From the human T2T-CHM13v2.0 reference genome, Homo sapiens, in the NCBI RefSeq assembly GCF_009914755.1, contig NC_060936.1: a stretch of DNA of 64,000 bases. The stretch is one strand, 5' to 3'. The translations under genes and the position numbers were made by a program. The notes beneath the pieces are model-generated. The model ran no database searches, was not told the origin of the DNA, and saw only the letters and a program-made list of their open reading frames with translations. Positions 38,360 through 52,912 of the stretch are shown here, piece by piece. The stretch's first letter is position 1. The number at the start of each line of letters is the position of its first letter.

Positions 38360-38905
38360 ATGTTCACAATCTATGTATCAACAAGCAAAAAACAAATAAC
38401 TCCATTAAAATGTAGGCAGAGGACATGCATAGACACTCTTCAAAAGAAAACATACATGCAGCCAACAAGCATGTGAAAAAATGGCCAGTATCACTCATTA
38501 GAGAAATGCAAATCGAAATGACATTGAGATACCATCTCACACAAGTGAGAATGGCTTTTATTAAAAAGTCAAAAAATAACAGATGCTGGAAAGATTGCAG
38601 AGAAAAGGGAATGCTTATACACTGCTGGTAGGAATGTAAATTAGTTCAGCCACTGTGGAAAGCAGTTTGTCAATTTCTCAAAGAACGTAAAACAGAACTA
38701 CCATTTGACCCAGCAATCCCATTCTTGGATATGTACTCAAAGTAATATAAATTGTTCTACCATAAAGACACATGCATCCATATGTTCATTGCAGCACTAT
38801 TCACAATAGTAAAACATGGAATGAACCTAATGTTCATCAGCGGTAGACTGAATAAAGAAAATATGGTACTTATAAACCATTGAATACTATGCAGCCATTA
38901 AAAAG
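38360..38905 (+). mobile_element. Old L1PA/L1PB ORF2 3' fragment
   Basis: L1 C-terminal region homology. Confidence 0.85.
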
Positions 38906-39649
38906 GCTAGCACTTCCTTTCTCCAGGGCAAATTTTTATTTTTATTTTTTGAACAGGTTGATGTGTTATGTAACATTGAAACACCCATTCTGCCGTTTAT
39001 TTTAATACAAAATTAATATTTAAATATGTCATACCAATATAGACTTGAGGAGTGAAAGTAAGGGATAGATTTTATCACTTTCATCTCCAGAATTTAGAAT
39101 GCATTTATGGATATCTCAGCATCTCGTAACTACTGTCAAATGTGTTTTAGAGACCTGCTAATTATGAAAGATTAGCAGTTATTCAGGATTGAAAGATTTG
39201 TAGTTAACACTTGGGGGAAATAGTCATTATCTTAGGGAAAACTAGCAATATCCAAAAAGCAGAGCTTCCTGAAATTAATACGGAGTTTGAGGAAGTTCTA
39301 AGTTTGGTATGACTAGGGCAAAAATTATATGTAGATGTTTGACTAAGGAAGATATTGGAGAAACAAACCAAGGCCAAATAATGAGGACTATTGTCATAGC
39401 CTGGATTTTATCCTTGTTGGTAACTTCAAAACTGGAGACACTCCAAGATTTGACTATGAAAATTGCAGAATAAGGTGCCATTTAAAATTTTTTTCTAGCA
39501 AATTAGAGAAAATACTATAAAGGTAGTTTTAATGGAAGGTTAGAAAACCATATGTAAAAATAATTTTAAGCATCCAGATGAAAGGGAGAAATAATATAAA
39601 TGATAACTAGAGAGCAGAAAAGGAAGATTTCAAAGAAGGAGATACAATT

Positions 39650-40635
39650 GACTGAGAATTAAGACCACCTGTATCAACATGACTTAACCATTTATTCCAG
39701 GAAATTCATTACAAGGAAAGTAATGCTCTAAACCAATAATTACCTTAACCATTTGCCTCTTTGCATCAGGAAATCCTTACAAACAAATGTATTTGATCAG
39801 TTTTCTAATGTGGGCAAACCCCTCTTCCATTTAGATAACATCTTTCTTATGTTGGCAAACGTCTTGCTTTATTATTGCCCCATGAAGTCCCCTGATCTTA
39901 AAATATAAAATGAATTTTGCCCAATTTCAACCAGTTCAAGAACTTTCAAAAAATAGTGCATATTTAGCCAGTTCTAGAATGATTAATTAAAATGCAAGTT
40001 TGCAAAGTATAACAGTAGAAAAGATGAGAGTTCTGTTTTATTTACACTTGGCATAAATATCTTTCCACTATGCTATATGTTATATGTGCTATATGCTAAA
40101 TGCGAGGTGGTAGGGAGAAAAGTTCAAGGCACACCACAGACACACACACACACAATCCCTCATTTTATAAAGGATTATAACCATGTTAAATTTCTACACT
40201 TTAGGTCACACCTTTCTTACTACGTGCATTTTGCCCTTCCACAATTCAGTCGGCCCCTGACTTAAGATGCATTTACTTACAATCTTTTTTCCTTATGCTG
40301 GTGCAAAAGGAATACATATTCAGTAGGCTCCTTAATATACAATCAAATTACATGAGGATGTACCTATCATAAATTTAAAATATGGTAACTGGCTTTGACA
40401 ATATTTTCAACTTACAATGGATTTATTGATTGTAACCCCATCATACATCAGGGAGCATCTGAAGAAGCCACCTAACCCCACTTGAGCCTAGACCCCAGAC
40501 TCTATACATCTCTTTCCCTAACTTCTGAGACATTATGAAAATTCTTTTAAGATGGCATTCTTCCTCGTTGCAATAAGTTTAATAAAACTCAACTCGATAA
40601 AAATATTTTCTGGTGATCTTTGTGGAAGAATTAAC
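39650..40635 (+). mobile_element. Degenerate ERV1-type LTR, interrupted
   Basis: LTR-like 3' end with AATAAA ending in ...AATTAACA; subfamily uncertain. Confidence 0.35.
40247..40461. mobile_element. Tigger4a/MER46-like DNA transposon
   Basis: Termini CAGTCGGCCCCTGACTTAAGATG and TGTAACCCCATCATACATCAGGGAGCATCTG. Confidence 0.7.
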
Positions 40636-41129
40636 AATCTAGGTCACGTTTCTTGATATCTTGGACATTATAGGTGCAGAGGAAGAAAGAAAGAAGAAAT
40701 GATGTATATAAATGAAAAGAAAAAAGAGAAGTAAAATATACGCTATTTTTAAATTTTTTTTAGCTCAGACAGGGAGTGATAATTGGTGATCTCAAGTAAG
40801 ACAGAGGGGAAACCTGCAGAAGAAAAATTGTGAGTTGACCTATCAACTAGTTCAATATAAAATTAATTAATTATTTGTGTGTTAAGTACCTGATAACTTT
40901 TTTCACTGTGTGACATTTCATGTACTCTGTCTATAATATAGTACACTAACAATGTCAACTTTACTATATTATTATTGAGCCAGTTTATGGGATTTGGTTT
41001 GTTTATTCTACTTGCAACTATTTCTATCCCAACTATTTTTTTCTCCAGCTAAACATAAAGATATTTACCGAAAAAACTATGTCTTTCTTTTTATTTACAT
41101 TATTTAAGCTACAGTATTATTTATTATAT

Positions 41130-41360
41130 GTTAAAATTGTTTCATGAAGCATATCAAGGACATTACTTATATTACATAATTTAATCATCAAAAACTAAGC
41201 AATGGGGTAAGTACCATTATTTTGCCTTTTTTTCATGTGAGAAAGTGGGAAGTATTAGGTTAATTTAACTTAACATCATAGAGATAGAATGTTGAACAAA
41301 AAGAACTGAACCCAGGCTGTGTGAGTCAGAATGCATATGCTTAACCTCTATGTCATACTT
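41130..41360 (-). mobile_element. MIR SINE
   Basis: GAACTGAACCCAGGCTGTGTGAGTCAGAATGCATATGCTTAACCTCTATG. Confidence 0.65.
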
Positions 41361-43349
41361 CAAATTACTAATAGAAATAACCTGTATACACATCTCTAGG
41401 AATATCAAGGCAAACACTACATAATATAGCATAATGGAAAGATATCATGCCAAGTGTAAATAAAACAGAGCTCTCATCCTTTCTTCTGTTATACTTTTTG
41501 CAAACTTGCATTTTAATTAACCCTTTGGAATTGGCTAAATAGGCACTATTTTTTGAAAGTCCTTGAATAATTTTATGAAAATCCAGACGTTTAAAGTAAT
41601 CTTGATTCCGCAATTTATACACTACAGTTTTTGTTTTTTATATCTGGAAATTAGGTGTTAAAAGTAGAAAAACTTGTTTGATATTATGCTACATAATTTT
41701 TAAACCACAACATTTCCTTATTTAAACATAATTCTTTTTGAACTTTTATTTTAGATTCAAGGAGTACATATGCAGTTTGTTACACACACACACAAAAAAA
41801 ACCCACAAAAACATAAATTAATAGACCAGTCGACTTTACAATGATTCAGTGAGGACATTGTAGGTGAGTAGGAAGAGTTCAGTTGCTAGTCCAGTTTCTG
41901 ATTTATCCTATTAATATTCTCCACTTTTATTTTTATATTTTATAAAATGATTTTTAAGTGTCCTTAATCCTTTAATTCTGGGCACAGGAGGTCCAGAAAT
42001 CCTTTCAAAGATTGCACGTGTGACAAACATAAGCTTTAATTTTAGATTGTAAAGCATTTTTGGAATTACTTAAACATTCCATTTAAAACCACCTAGTAGC
42101 CCATATTGAGTTAGTATTCTCTCCTCTGTAACAACTCAATTCCAACTGTTTAAGATTAACTCACATGTCATGAAATCTCAATGACTATTCTTTAACATTT
42201 AAGGTTTGCAAGACTGAATATTAACATATGTGCTTGCATTTGTACTATTATTTTACTATCATCTATAGTCTGGAGTTTAGTATTAAATGTAAGATAGAAG
42301 AAAGAAATACACATGATTTAAGGGCTTTTCATGCATAAGTATATGTATTAAAATGTATAGGCATTATTTTCCAGTTTGGTAAAAGGAATACTTTTTAAAA
42401 AGCTGATTAGACAATTTTATATTTATACTCACTAAAAGAAAATTATGCCTCAGGCATGGTTATATCAGTGAACTTACTATGAGAATAAATGAATTGAAGA
42501 AAATGAAAACCACCTATTTGCCTGCTGTAAATAAAGTGTTGTTTCATGTAAACCCATCAACTACAGCAGTTTACAACAGCTACCTAGATTTGTAGAGGCT
42601 AGACATATATAGGCTTTTGAGGATAACAATACATTTTAAAAAGATGGCACACATGTGATAAAGAATAGGTTGTCATAAATATGCTATAAAGCTATATCTC
42701 TTTTTTCACATCTGCCAGTTCCTTCTAGCCTTTCTCCACTTTCTTATTCTATAGATTTTTTTCAGTATCAGATATTTCCTCAATTTATTAATTAGTTATT
42801 TACAATAAGTGTGACCTAAAATGAAATTGTTTTCTGAGAGATTATGTCCCAACTGTTATTATTTACACAAACAACTATTCAGTCTAGCTTGCAGCTTCTA
42901 AATGGATTAAAATAATTTAACTAATTTAAATTTGATTAGAAAAATGACTAATTTCTTTTAGTACTGGATTTTGAAGTTTTAAAATAATTTCAATAATTAT
43001 TTCATTCTGATTTTTTGAAGATAATTTTTTTCTCATATGCATCTCCTGTGACACCTTCCACAGATTTTTTTCATGACATAATTTAATATATTACACTTTT
43101 AGATACGTTACATTTGGAGCCTCAGCTATAAAATGTTTAGCCGTGTATATTCTTGAAAGTCATCAGCTGCTCAAATGTTCTAGCCATTTTAAAGAGGTAA
43201 CACTTGTCTGAGTCATCATTATCAGGTATCCAAAGAATGATGATGAGGATATTGGTATGACTGTGCATCTGAAATGCGATTAGTACAACCAAGACAAAAA
43301 GCATACGCAAAACTCCAGAGTTTCTTTAGCCCTTTAGTAATGCTTCCCT

Positions 43350-44110
43350 TGCACTCTCTTTATCTCACCAGCCACACCCTTCCCCTTTCCTAGCAGACAC
43401 TGATCTGTTTTCTGTCAGTAAATATTCGTTTGCGTCTGTGGAGGTTTGAACAGATAATGTACTCTCTTTTGTGACTGGCTTCTTTCACTCAACATAATTA
43501 TTTTGAAATTAAATCTTATTGTAGCATATATCATTCCTTATTATAGCCAAGTAGTATTCCATTGCATGACTATATCATAGTTTGCTGATGATTCACCCAT
43601 TGATGAGCACACAGCTTGCTTTTACTTTTTGCTATTGCAAATAAATCTTCTATGAGCAATTGTCTACAGATCTTTGTATGAACATATGTATTCCTTTTGA
43701 TTGGGTAAATACCTAAGAATACAACGGCTGGGTCAAATGGTAACTGCATGTTTGAACTTTTTAAGAAGCTGCCAAACCATATGCAAAAGTGAATATTTCA
43801 ATCAGCAGTTCAAATTCCTCTATATACACAATTAAATTTAAGTTCAATATTTTTAATTTTAGTTATTCAAATAGATGTGTAGTGGTGTATCATGCAATTT
43901 GAGTTGACATTTTTCTAATGACAAATGATATCAAACATCTTTTCTTGTGTATATTCATATACCTCCTTTTGTCCTTTAAGTGACTTCAAATGTTTAGCAT
44001 TTTTTCTGCGTTGTTTTCTTATCATTGAATTTTGAGGGTTCTTTATATATTTGAATAAAAGTAATTTGTATGACATGTGCCTTAAAATATTGTATCCAGT
44101 CTGTGGCAGA
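43350..44110 (-). mobile_element. L1M 3' fragment
   Basis: Antisense L1M 3' region (TGGCTTCTTTCACTCAACATAAT, TTGGGTAAATACCTAAG). Confidence 0.75.
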
Positions 44111-46420
44111 AAATCACTTGATAAATGCAACATTTGTTCAGGCTAATAAATTTCAGCAAACTAGAATAGAAGGTTCTTCCTCAATCCTAAAAAATAGCAT
44201 CTAAAAAGAAACCTAGAAATAACATCATATTATCGACAAAATATTGAGATCTTTTTCTCTAAGATCAGGAACAATATAGGGAGGTCTATTGTCATCACTT
44301 CTATTCAACATTCTTCAGAGATTCCATGTAATGCAATAAGGCAAAAAAATTAAAAATAAAAACCTTCATACTGAAAAGGAAGTGTAAAACCATGTTTATT
44401 TATGGAAGACATGGACATCTATGTAGAAAAGCATATGGAATCTCCATGAAAACTTTTATGGGCCAAATGGATCACTGATTAAGGATACAGGCTATAAATA
44501 TTAATTCACAAAAAATCAATTAAATTTCTTTATATTTGCAATAAACACTTGGAAATTGAAATTAAAATTCTACACTTTGAGAGGTCAAGATGGGAGAGTT
44601 GCTTGAGGCCAGGAGTTTGAGTACAGGAGTTCAAGGTCAGCCAGGGCAATATAACAAGATCCTGTCCCTACAAAATTTTTAAAATTTAGCCAAGTGTGGT
44701 GATGCATGCCTGTAGTTCCAGCTACTCAGGAAGCTGAGGCAGAAGAATCACTTGAGCTCAGGAGGTCAAGTCTCCTGTGAGCCATGATTGTGCCATTGAA
44801 CTTCAACATGGGCAACAGAGTGAGACCCTGTCTCAAAAAAAGTAAAATTCCATACTATTTTCCAAAGCATCATAGTATTAATTACTTAGCGATAAATCTG
44901 AATAAGACATGCAAAACCTATACACTGAAAAATGAGAAACATTGTTGAAAGGGATTTTTTAAAGCCTAAGTAATGGAAAAATATACTGTGATCATGAACT
45001 GGAAGATGCAATATTTTTAGGATACCGTTTCTCTCAAATTTGATCTCTAGATTCAAGACAAAAACAATCAAAATCCCCGAAGGTATTTTTTTTCTGAAAT
45101 TTAAACTGATTTAAAATGCACATGGAAATTCAAAATGCCCATAAACTCAGTTGTTAAAAAAGAAGGACAAAGTTGGAGGCCATATACTACTTCATTTCAA
45201 GACTCATTATAAATCTGCAGTAACCCAGTCTATGTGGTATTGGCATCAAAAAAAACAAACAGATGAATGGGACAGAATAAGGAGTTTAAAAATAGTTCCA
45301 AATGGTTTTCTGAACAGCGTAAAGGCAATTCTTGAAGAAAGAGTAGTCTTCAAAAACTGTTGCTAGGAAAACTGCTTATTCATATTAAATATAAAATCTA
45401 TTTATACCTTATACCACATAAAAATCAAATCAAAATTAATAATTTAATGGAAAACCTACAGCTATGAAACTTCTAGAAGAAAGCATATAACAATTTTTTT
45501 GTGAAATTGAGTTAGGCAAAGACTTCTTAGACATAATAACAAAATTATATCATATTATCAAAAATAATTAAGCTTAGGCTACTCCAAAATTAAAATTTTC
45601 TACTCTCCCAAAGTAACTCTTAAGAGAATAAAAAGACAAGGCATAAATTGAAAGAATATATTTATAAATCAAATATTTGGAAAAAGATTATACTGAGAAT
45701 ATATAAAGAACTCTAAAACTAAAACCTCAAAAACTAGGAAATGACACATTTGAAACATTTTAGCAAATCATTTGAACAGATATTCAAGTTATTTTTGAAC
45801 ATATATATCAAATTATTTTTGAACATATATATCGCATACATATATAGCAAATGAAAACATGTTCAACATCATTACTCATTAGGTAAATAAAACTTTAAAC
45901 CAAAATAAGTTACCACTATATACTTATTGAAATAACTAAAATTAAAGTGATTGATTATACCAAATATTGTCAAAAGTAGAGCAATGAAACTCTCATAGAC
46001 TGTTGGCGAAAATGTGAAATGGTACAACTATGTTGGAAAACAGTTTGTCAGTTTCTTAGAAATTTAAATACATACCCATTATGTGACCCAGCTGTCCAGC
46101 TCTCAGAGAAGAAGAGTAGAAATATTGGAAGAGAAATGTAAACATCCGTTCATACAAAAGTTGTACATGAATATTCAAAACATTTTGATCTGTTTAACAG
46201 GCAAAATTGGGGCCATCTCAAATTTCTGTCAGCAGTGGGATGGGTGATGAACAAAATCTTTGGCAATTCCATACGTGGAACATTATTCAGGAATAAAATT
46301 GAATAAACTATTTCCATATACAACATCAAGGATGAATCTCAAAGTAATAGTGCTAAGTGAAATAAATAGGAACATTGATTTTATGTGTTCACATGTCAAC
46401 TGTACCTCACAAAATCTATT
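44110..46420 (+). mobile_element. L1M ORF2/3' fragment with an inserted AluJ
   Basis: Degenerate ORF2 RT to C-terminus. Confidence 0.75.
44573..44842 (+). mobile_element. 5'-truncated AluJ
   Basis: Diverged Alu; TSD-like AAAATTCTACACT / AAAATTCCATACT. Confidence 0.85.
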
Positions 46421-46499
46421 TTTAAAATCCATCCAATATTGCTTTTTCCAAGATTCTGATACAATATCCACAAACTAGGAATAACCCAAACTGGAGTAT

Positions 46500-47500
46500 A
46501 TGGATAACTTACTGAGGGGGTGATAGTTAAGGCACAGCTCAGATGAAAATAAGGAATGATTCTGGAATTTTGACTTGGAGAGCATTCCAGTCAGAGAGAA
46601 AATCCAATCAATGGTATTCAGTTATGAAATAACTTGGGATATTTGAAGGAAAACAGAATCCAATCTGGCCAGAACAGCTCTGACATTCAGACAGAGTGTT
46701 GGAAAATCAGGTGAGAGAAAATCAGGACACATGGTCATTCCAACAAACCTAATGAAGAGGTTACAGTTCATTCTCTAATGATTAGCAAACCACTGAAGAG
46801 GTGAGAGCAAGGAAGTGGCATGATCAAATTTATGTTTGAAACTGAAATCTGGCTGCACTATAGGGAGTATATTCTGAGATCACGCCAGATTTATAAGACT
46901 ATCACAGAGTTAAAATGAATCTGGACTTAGCAAGAAATAGTTGACGTTGTAACAAGTGTAATGTCAGCATATCTTCTTGTAATAAAGGCAATAAGATTTT
47001 TGGTCAATAAGATGCAGTGTATGAAAATACAGGTCACTAATGATATCAAGGTCTCTTGGACTGAGCAACTGAGTAAATGACACTACTATTTTCTGAGATG
47101 CAAATCATTAGGAAAGAAGAAAGTTTGGAAGGTATTTAACAAAAACAAAACAAAACAAAAACCCTGCAAGCATTTCATTGTAGACCTCAGGGTGAAAACG
47201 CAGCATCACCAGTTAGTATATGAGTTTAGAGTTCAGAAAAGAAGTTGGGGTTGGGATTCATCCCCAATGGTATTTGAAACCAGATTCAAAAAGAAGAATA
47301 GGAAACAAGTAAGCCTAGGGAAGATGATAGGTCTTAGTTTTGAGCCCTAGAACAATACATGATTTATTAAGATCAGACAGAAGAAATGAATCCATCAAAG
47401 GATGCTAAGAATGGGAAGAAGTTAAGGAAGAAATCTATACAAAAATATAATACCAAAAGCAAAGTTAAGGAATTATTAAGAAAAAAAGAAATATCAATGG
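46500..47500 (-). mobile_element. L2 LINE fragment
   Basis: Purine-rich antisense L2 motifs. Confidence 0.55.
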
Positions 47501-49949
47501 AGGCAAATGCACATATCCACTTTAGGTTTATCTGGAAATGGATCCTCCCATTTAAGATACTGTTATCAAAACACACATAAGAATAAACATCAAATTAAAT
47601 AAATAATAATTAGATACATAGGCATGTGTGGCTTATTTCTATCCACTTTGGAGCCAATCTAATGTATTGAATTTGGGTTTTTGCCCCAACCCAGATCTGC
47701 TCAGCAATGCCACATTCTCTCCTCTCTCCACAAACTCCCTACTTGTCTGTCCAAGACAGCTTATTTTTCTAGCTGAATGGGACAGCCTAATCCTAGAACA
47801 GGAAGCCTCCTATGAACAGGAATGAAACCAAATCCTAGAACAGGAAGTCTCCTATGAACAATCTAGGCTGCTTCCATTGCCACCAAAACAAAACAGAAAA
47901 AGTCCCCACACAAAGCCCCAATTAATAAGAAGAAACTTCTCTGCTGGCATATGGGCATTGGACCTGTAGAACTGTGTCTTCCCCATGGCTTGTCAGGAAA
48001 GACTGCACAAACTTGAAATGCATAGGAATTGATGCCACATAAGGGAAGATTTTGCTCAAGGAAAGACAGAGATGGGAAAGAGTTGGTAGTTTAAATTACA
48101 TAACTTTTCTCCTTCTCCATACCGCAGGCTATTTGAGCTATAGTTGTAGCTCTGACAGGACTGATAAGTATGTTCTTTGTGATACGGTGGCCAGCCAAGA
48201 AGTGCAGTCCTTTGTACTTGCTCTCCATTTTTTGGAATCTCCATTCCTTGTTCCCTTCACGTCTCTTCAGTTTTGCTACCCATCTCCACAAGTGATACTA
48301 TTTAAGTTTTTGCCTTAACCTCTTGTATTCTTGATAACCTAAGCTAAGAGACCTGAGAGAAAATAGTGATTTTTTTTCCTTTGCCCCATCATCTGTATGC
48401 CACCAAAATGCAATATTAAAATATCACCTGAGCTTACTCGTGTCTGAGATACTAGAAACTCCCACATACTACTTCTCCTTCATTTTTGTTAGGTCAATGT
48501 AAACAGTAAATTTTGTGGTTGTATATCCTCCTTGTTAGGCTACCTCTGGTCCAGAACAGCTACTTAAAAGAAAAACCCACACATCAAAAAGCTTGAACTG
48601 AAAAAGCACTTTTCCCTGCTGCATGGATAAGAGATTAGCAAAATCTGGGAAGCCTCATACTTTGATTATTCTCCTTGTCCTAATCATTGCAGAGAATGTA
48701 CCGTCTTAGTTCTGAAGCCTCCGTAGTATACTTTGTGACTAGACATCCCTATAAAAACTGGCCTCACTTGCCTAAGAAATGTATATGAGTCTTATTCCAG
48801 ATATATGTTTACCATTTCTGGTCATTCTTTTCACTTTGTCCTCCCTTTGCCTTATGAATTCTCATACCTTCCACTTAAAACTATGAACTTATGCCTAAAC
48901 CCCAGGGGATGTCATACATATTAAATTGTATGGACATGAGTGTAAAACTAAGCATTAATCTTGAGTTATTTCTGTAAAATAGAGAAAATGGACTCATTTT
49001 GAGGGCACAGATATAGTTTTAACACTATTATCTCCTTTAAGACACATAGGACAATATTAATATAATAAAATAACTTTGCTATTTTTATCATAACATGTAC
49101 AATCAATAAAGGGTCAAATTTTATTTTCTAAGCCATACCTTAGACTTGCTCTGCCTTAAAAGAACCTTGAGTTTCAGGGAGCATGACTGTGTCACAGCTC
49201 TAGGAAATTTTATATTAGGGTTTATGACACAGCATAATGAGAAAAGCATAAAGACTATTTCAGGTATATTAAAATCATTCCAGCATGGTTCATGACACTA
49301 TTTCAATCTGCGTGATTTATTCAAAGCTTGTAATTTAATCTTTTCTGGGGACCTTATACCACTTCAGTGTTCATTTATAAAATATTAGCATTTAGTTAGT
49401 AGCAGTGAACTAGATTTATAGCATAGAAAATATCTCAACTGATGACAAATAATAGAAAAAAGAGATTAAATATAGTTAGTTAAACTTTATGAAATTTTTC
49501 ATTTGAAACCTAGGATGGATTTTAGAAGAATATTAAAAAGAAGAGCAAAGTCCCTCAATGACTTTTACATTGGGTTTAAACATAATTATTTTTTCTTAAT
49601 AAATTTTGTAGACTTGGCTATGAGTTCACTAAATCTTGATTAATAAAATTCAAATTTTATATATATACATATATAATGTGTGTGCATTTCTGTGTGCGTG
49701 TATTTTTTCTTTGCAAGTGTTTATTCAATCACTTTAGCTTAGTGTATAATAAAAAACTTTATTGATATTTCTGGATTTTCTATTTTTTAATGCCATAAAA
49801 TAGTTTAATAACATGAGTTAGGAGTAAGCTTGATACCTGAGAAATATAGTGTGGCACAAGAGGACATCAATATAAGACAGAATGAAAATGTAATTAAATC
49901 AACACGCCTCCCTTCCTTAGGTTATGTGAATTTTGAAGATATATAGTGT

Positions 49950-51325
49950 TTTTTTTACATTTCTTTAAAAAGTTACATTGAGATAATTGTAGATTCAAAT
50001 GAAATTATAATAAATAATACACATAGTACCCATATGCCATATGCTCAATTTCCCCAGTGGTACCTGTAATAACTTGCACAATAATAAAAACAGTCAGGAA
50101 ATTGACATTGATAAAATTTAACAAACGTATTCAGATTTCATTAGTTTAATATGCACTCATTTTATTATGTGAGTATAACTTAGTTGTGTGCATTTTATTC
50201 CGTGTGTAGTGTCTTCTATCCATCTCTACAGTTAAGATACAGAAAGTCCTCTCACAAAAGCCCTCATGCTACTGTTTCATAGCCACAATCACCTTCTCCC
50301 TGTTCTTCCCCAAACCTTGTCAACCACTAATCTTTTCTCCATCTCTATAATTTTGTCATTTCTAGATTGCTATATAAATGGAATTATAAAATATGTAGAC
50401 TTTTGAGATTGCTCTTTTTTATAATCATTATAGCTTAGCTCATTTGTAATCAATCCAGGTTGTGTGTCTTAGTAATTTTTTCCATGGTGTGGATGTACCA
50501 CAGTTTGTTTAATCATTCATCTACTGAAGGACATTTCAGTTGTTTCCAGTTTTTGGCTATTATGAATAAAGCTGCTATGGACATACATGTACAGGTTTTT
50601 GTTTGAATATTAGTTACCATTAACCTGGGATATATTTCCAAGAGTGTAGTTGCTGGGGCTTAAGGTAAGTACATATTTACTTTTGTAAGAAATTATAATG
50701 TTCTTTTTCAGAGTAGCTGTACAAATTTACCTTTCCATCAGAAAAAGATGAATGATTCAATTTCTCCAAATTATTATCAACATTTCATGCTTTTGCCATT
50801 TAAAAATTGTAGCCATTCTGATAAGTGTATAGTGATATCCCTTCGTGGCTTTAATTTACCTTTCCCCGATAGATAATGACACTAAATATATTTTCATGGG
50901 CTTATTTGTGGCCAATATATGTTCTTTGGTGAAATTTGCTTTACGGTTTTTTTCCCCAATTTTTAATTGAATTGCTTGCTTTTTTAAAAAATCATTGATT
51001 TGGAGAAGTATTTTTGTAACATATCTTCTATTTCTTTGTCTAATATGTGGTTTGAAAATATTGCCGCTCACTCTGTAGCTTGTCTTTCAAACCTCTTAAA
51101 ATCTTTTGCAGAGCCAAAGGTTTTTTTTTTAATTTCAGTAAGATCCAATTTATTAATATCTGTGTTTATGTTTTATGCTTTGGGTGTCAAATCTAAAAAC
51201 TCTTCTCCTAGTCCTAGATCCTGATGATTTCCTTCTATGTTATTGTCTAGAAGTTTTGTAGTTTTATGCTTTATATTTAAAACCAAGATCCATTTTGAGT
51301 TGATTTTTGTATAACATGTGAGGCT
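49950..51325 (-). mobile_element. L1MA/L1MB 3' fragment
   Basis: Antisense L1M 3'UTR and ORF2 end. Confidence 0.8.
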
Positions 51326-51683
51326 CCCATATTAAAAAGTCTGTATTTTTTTTTTGAATTTTTACTTTAAAGCTTTAAAGAAATCTTTTAAAATTTCCAA
51401 TGAAAGGGCTTTAAATTTTTTATTAATTTCTAGTTTTATCATATGGTGATTAAAGAGTTATACTTACATTTTTAACTTATGTACCTTAATTTTATTTTTA
51501 ATCGAATTTTTGCCTAATTTTGTGATTGCTTCCTCTATGTACAGCTAGGAAATGGTAGAATATAGATGAAATCGCAAGAAACATATCTCTAAAATCGGAG
51601 CTCCTAACCATTATACTATGCTGCATACTAAAAAAACCCAAGAGTATATTGTTCAACTATTTAAAAAATAAGATGTATATATC

Positions 51684-51763
51684 TACAGGTTGGTGCAAAA
51701 GTAATTGTGGTTTTCGCCATTACTTTTAATTGCCAAACCTGGAAAACTTTTGCACCAATCTAA
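51684..51763. mobile_element. MADE1 (Hsmar1-derived MITE)
   Basis: 80 bp palindrome AGGTTGGTGCAAAAGTAATTG...ACTTTTGCACCAATCT. Confidence 0.9.
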
Positions 51764-51887
51764 ATCATCATCATCTATCTCCATATTTATCTGTCAGTTG
51801 GGAGGAATGTATTATGTATTACGGTCAGTAAAATTAAAAGAAAAGTGTAATATGTATAGAGTGTTTCTATTTTTATATAATATGTAG

Positions 51888-51888
<1 letters not shown>

Positions 51889-51922
<34 letters not shown>
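51889..51922. repeat. (TG)n microsatellite
   Basis: Direct inspection. Confidence 0.95.
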
Positions 51923-51929
<7 letters not shown>

Positions 51930-52444
51930 GAGCAGAGAAAAATGGTTTCAAAGATATATATTAAGGAATAAACAGGGATTACTTGGTTGAGTAGTAGAAA
52001 CGGAAATTGGAGGATAAGAAGAAAAATGATTCATTTTTAAAATAATTTTCTCATTTTAATATATTACAGCATTCTCTGTTACGGTATTTATTTGTTTTAT
52101 TTAAGAATTAATAAAGTGGAAAACAAAATAAATCACACCATCACTGATTTATTTAAAATAACAGCATTAAATTGCTTTATCTACATATTTTTCCTAGAAT
52201 TAAACAATTTAGGGCCTGAAAAGAGTCTTGCTGTGTTCTCTACCTTACATATCTTAAAGTTAAAATGATAAGTTTTGAACTCTATCTTACATTTTCCGCT
52301 GTCAACTAGATAATTTCTACACTAAATTATATATTTCTACACTAAATGTGTGTTTTGTATTACATTTAATACAAACTACTGCTGTTCATACTATAGTTAA
52401 AGCTTGGAAGGATACATAATTTATACCTTTAGAGTACTTTCTTT

Positions 52445-52912
52445 TTTAAAAAAAATTACTTCAAGTTTCAGAATACATGTGCAGAACAGTGCAGGTTTGT
52501 TACATAGGTATACATGTGACATGCTGGTTTGCTGCACCTATTAACCCATCATCTAGGTTCCCACCCCTTGCCTCCCACCTCCCAACAGGCCCTGGTGTGT
52601 GTTTTTCCACTCCCTGTGTCCATGTGTTTTCATTGTTCCACTCCCACTTATGAGTGAGAACATGTGGTGTTTGGTTTTCTGTTCCTGTGTTAGTTTGCTG
52701 AGGACGATGGCTTCCAGTTTCATCCATGTCCCTACCAAGGACATTATCTCATGGCTGCGTAGTATTCCATGGTGTATATGTACTGCATTTTCTTTATCCA
52801 GTCTATCATTAATGGGCATTTGGGTTGGTTCCATGTCTTTACTATTGTAAATACTTCTGCAATAGACATACGTGTGCATGTGTCTTTATAGCAGAATGAT
52901 GTATATTCCTTT
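52445..52912 (-). mobile_element. L1PA (L1PA8-like) 3' end
   Basis: Antisense 3'UTR and ORF2 end. Confidence 0.85.

Noticed and set aside
43350-46420. Twin-primed single L1M
   Set aside because: Both oppositely oriented pieces contain the same 3' region, so they are more likely two separate elements
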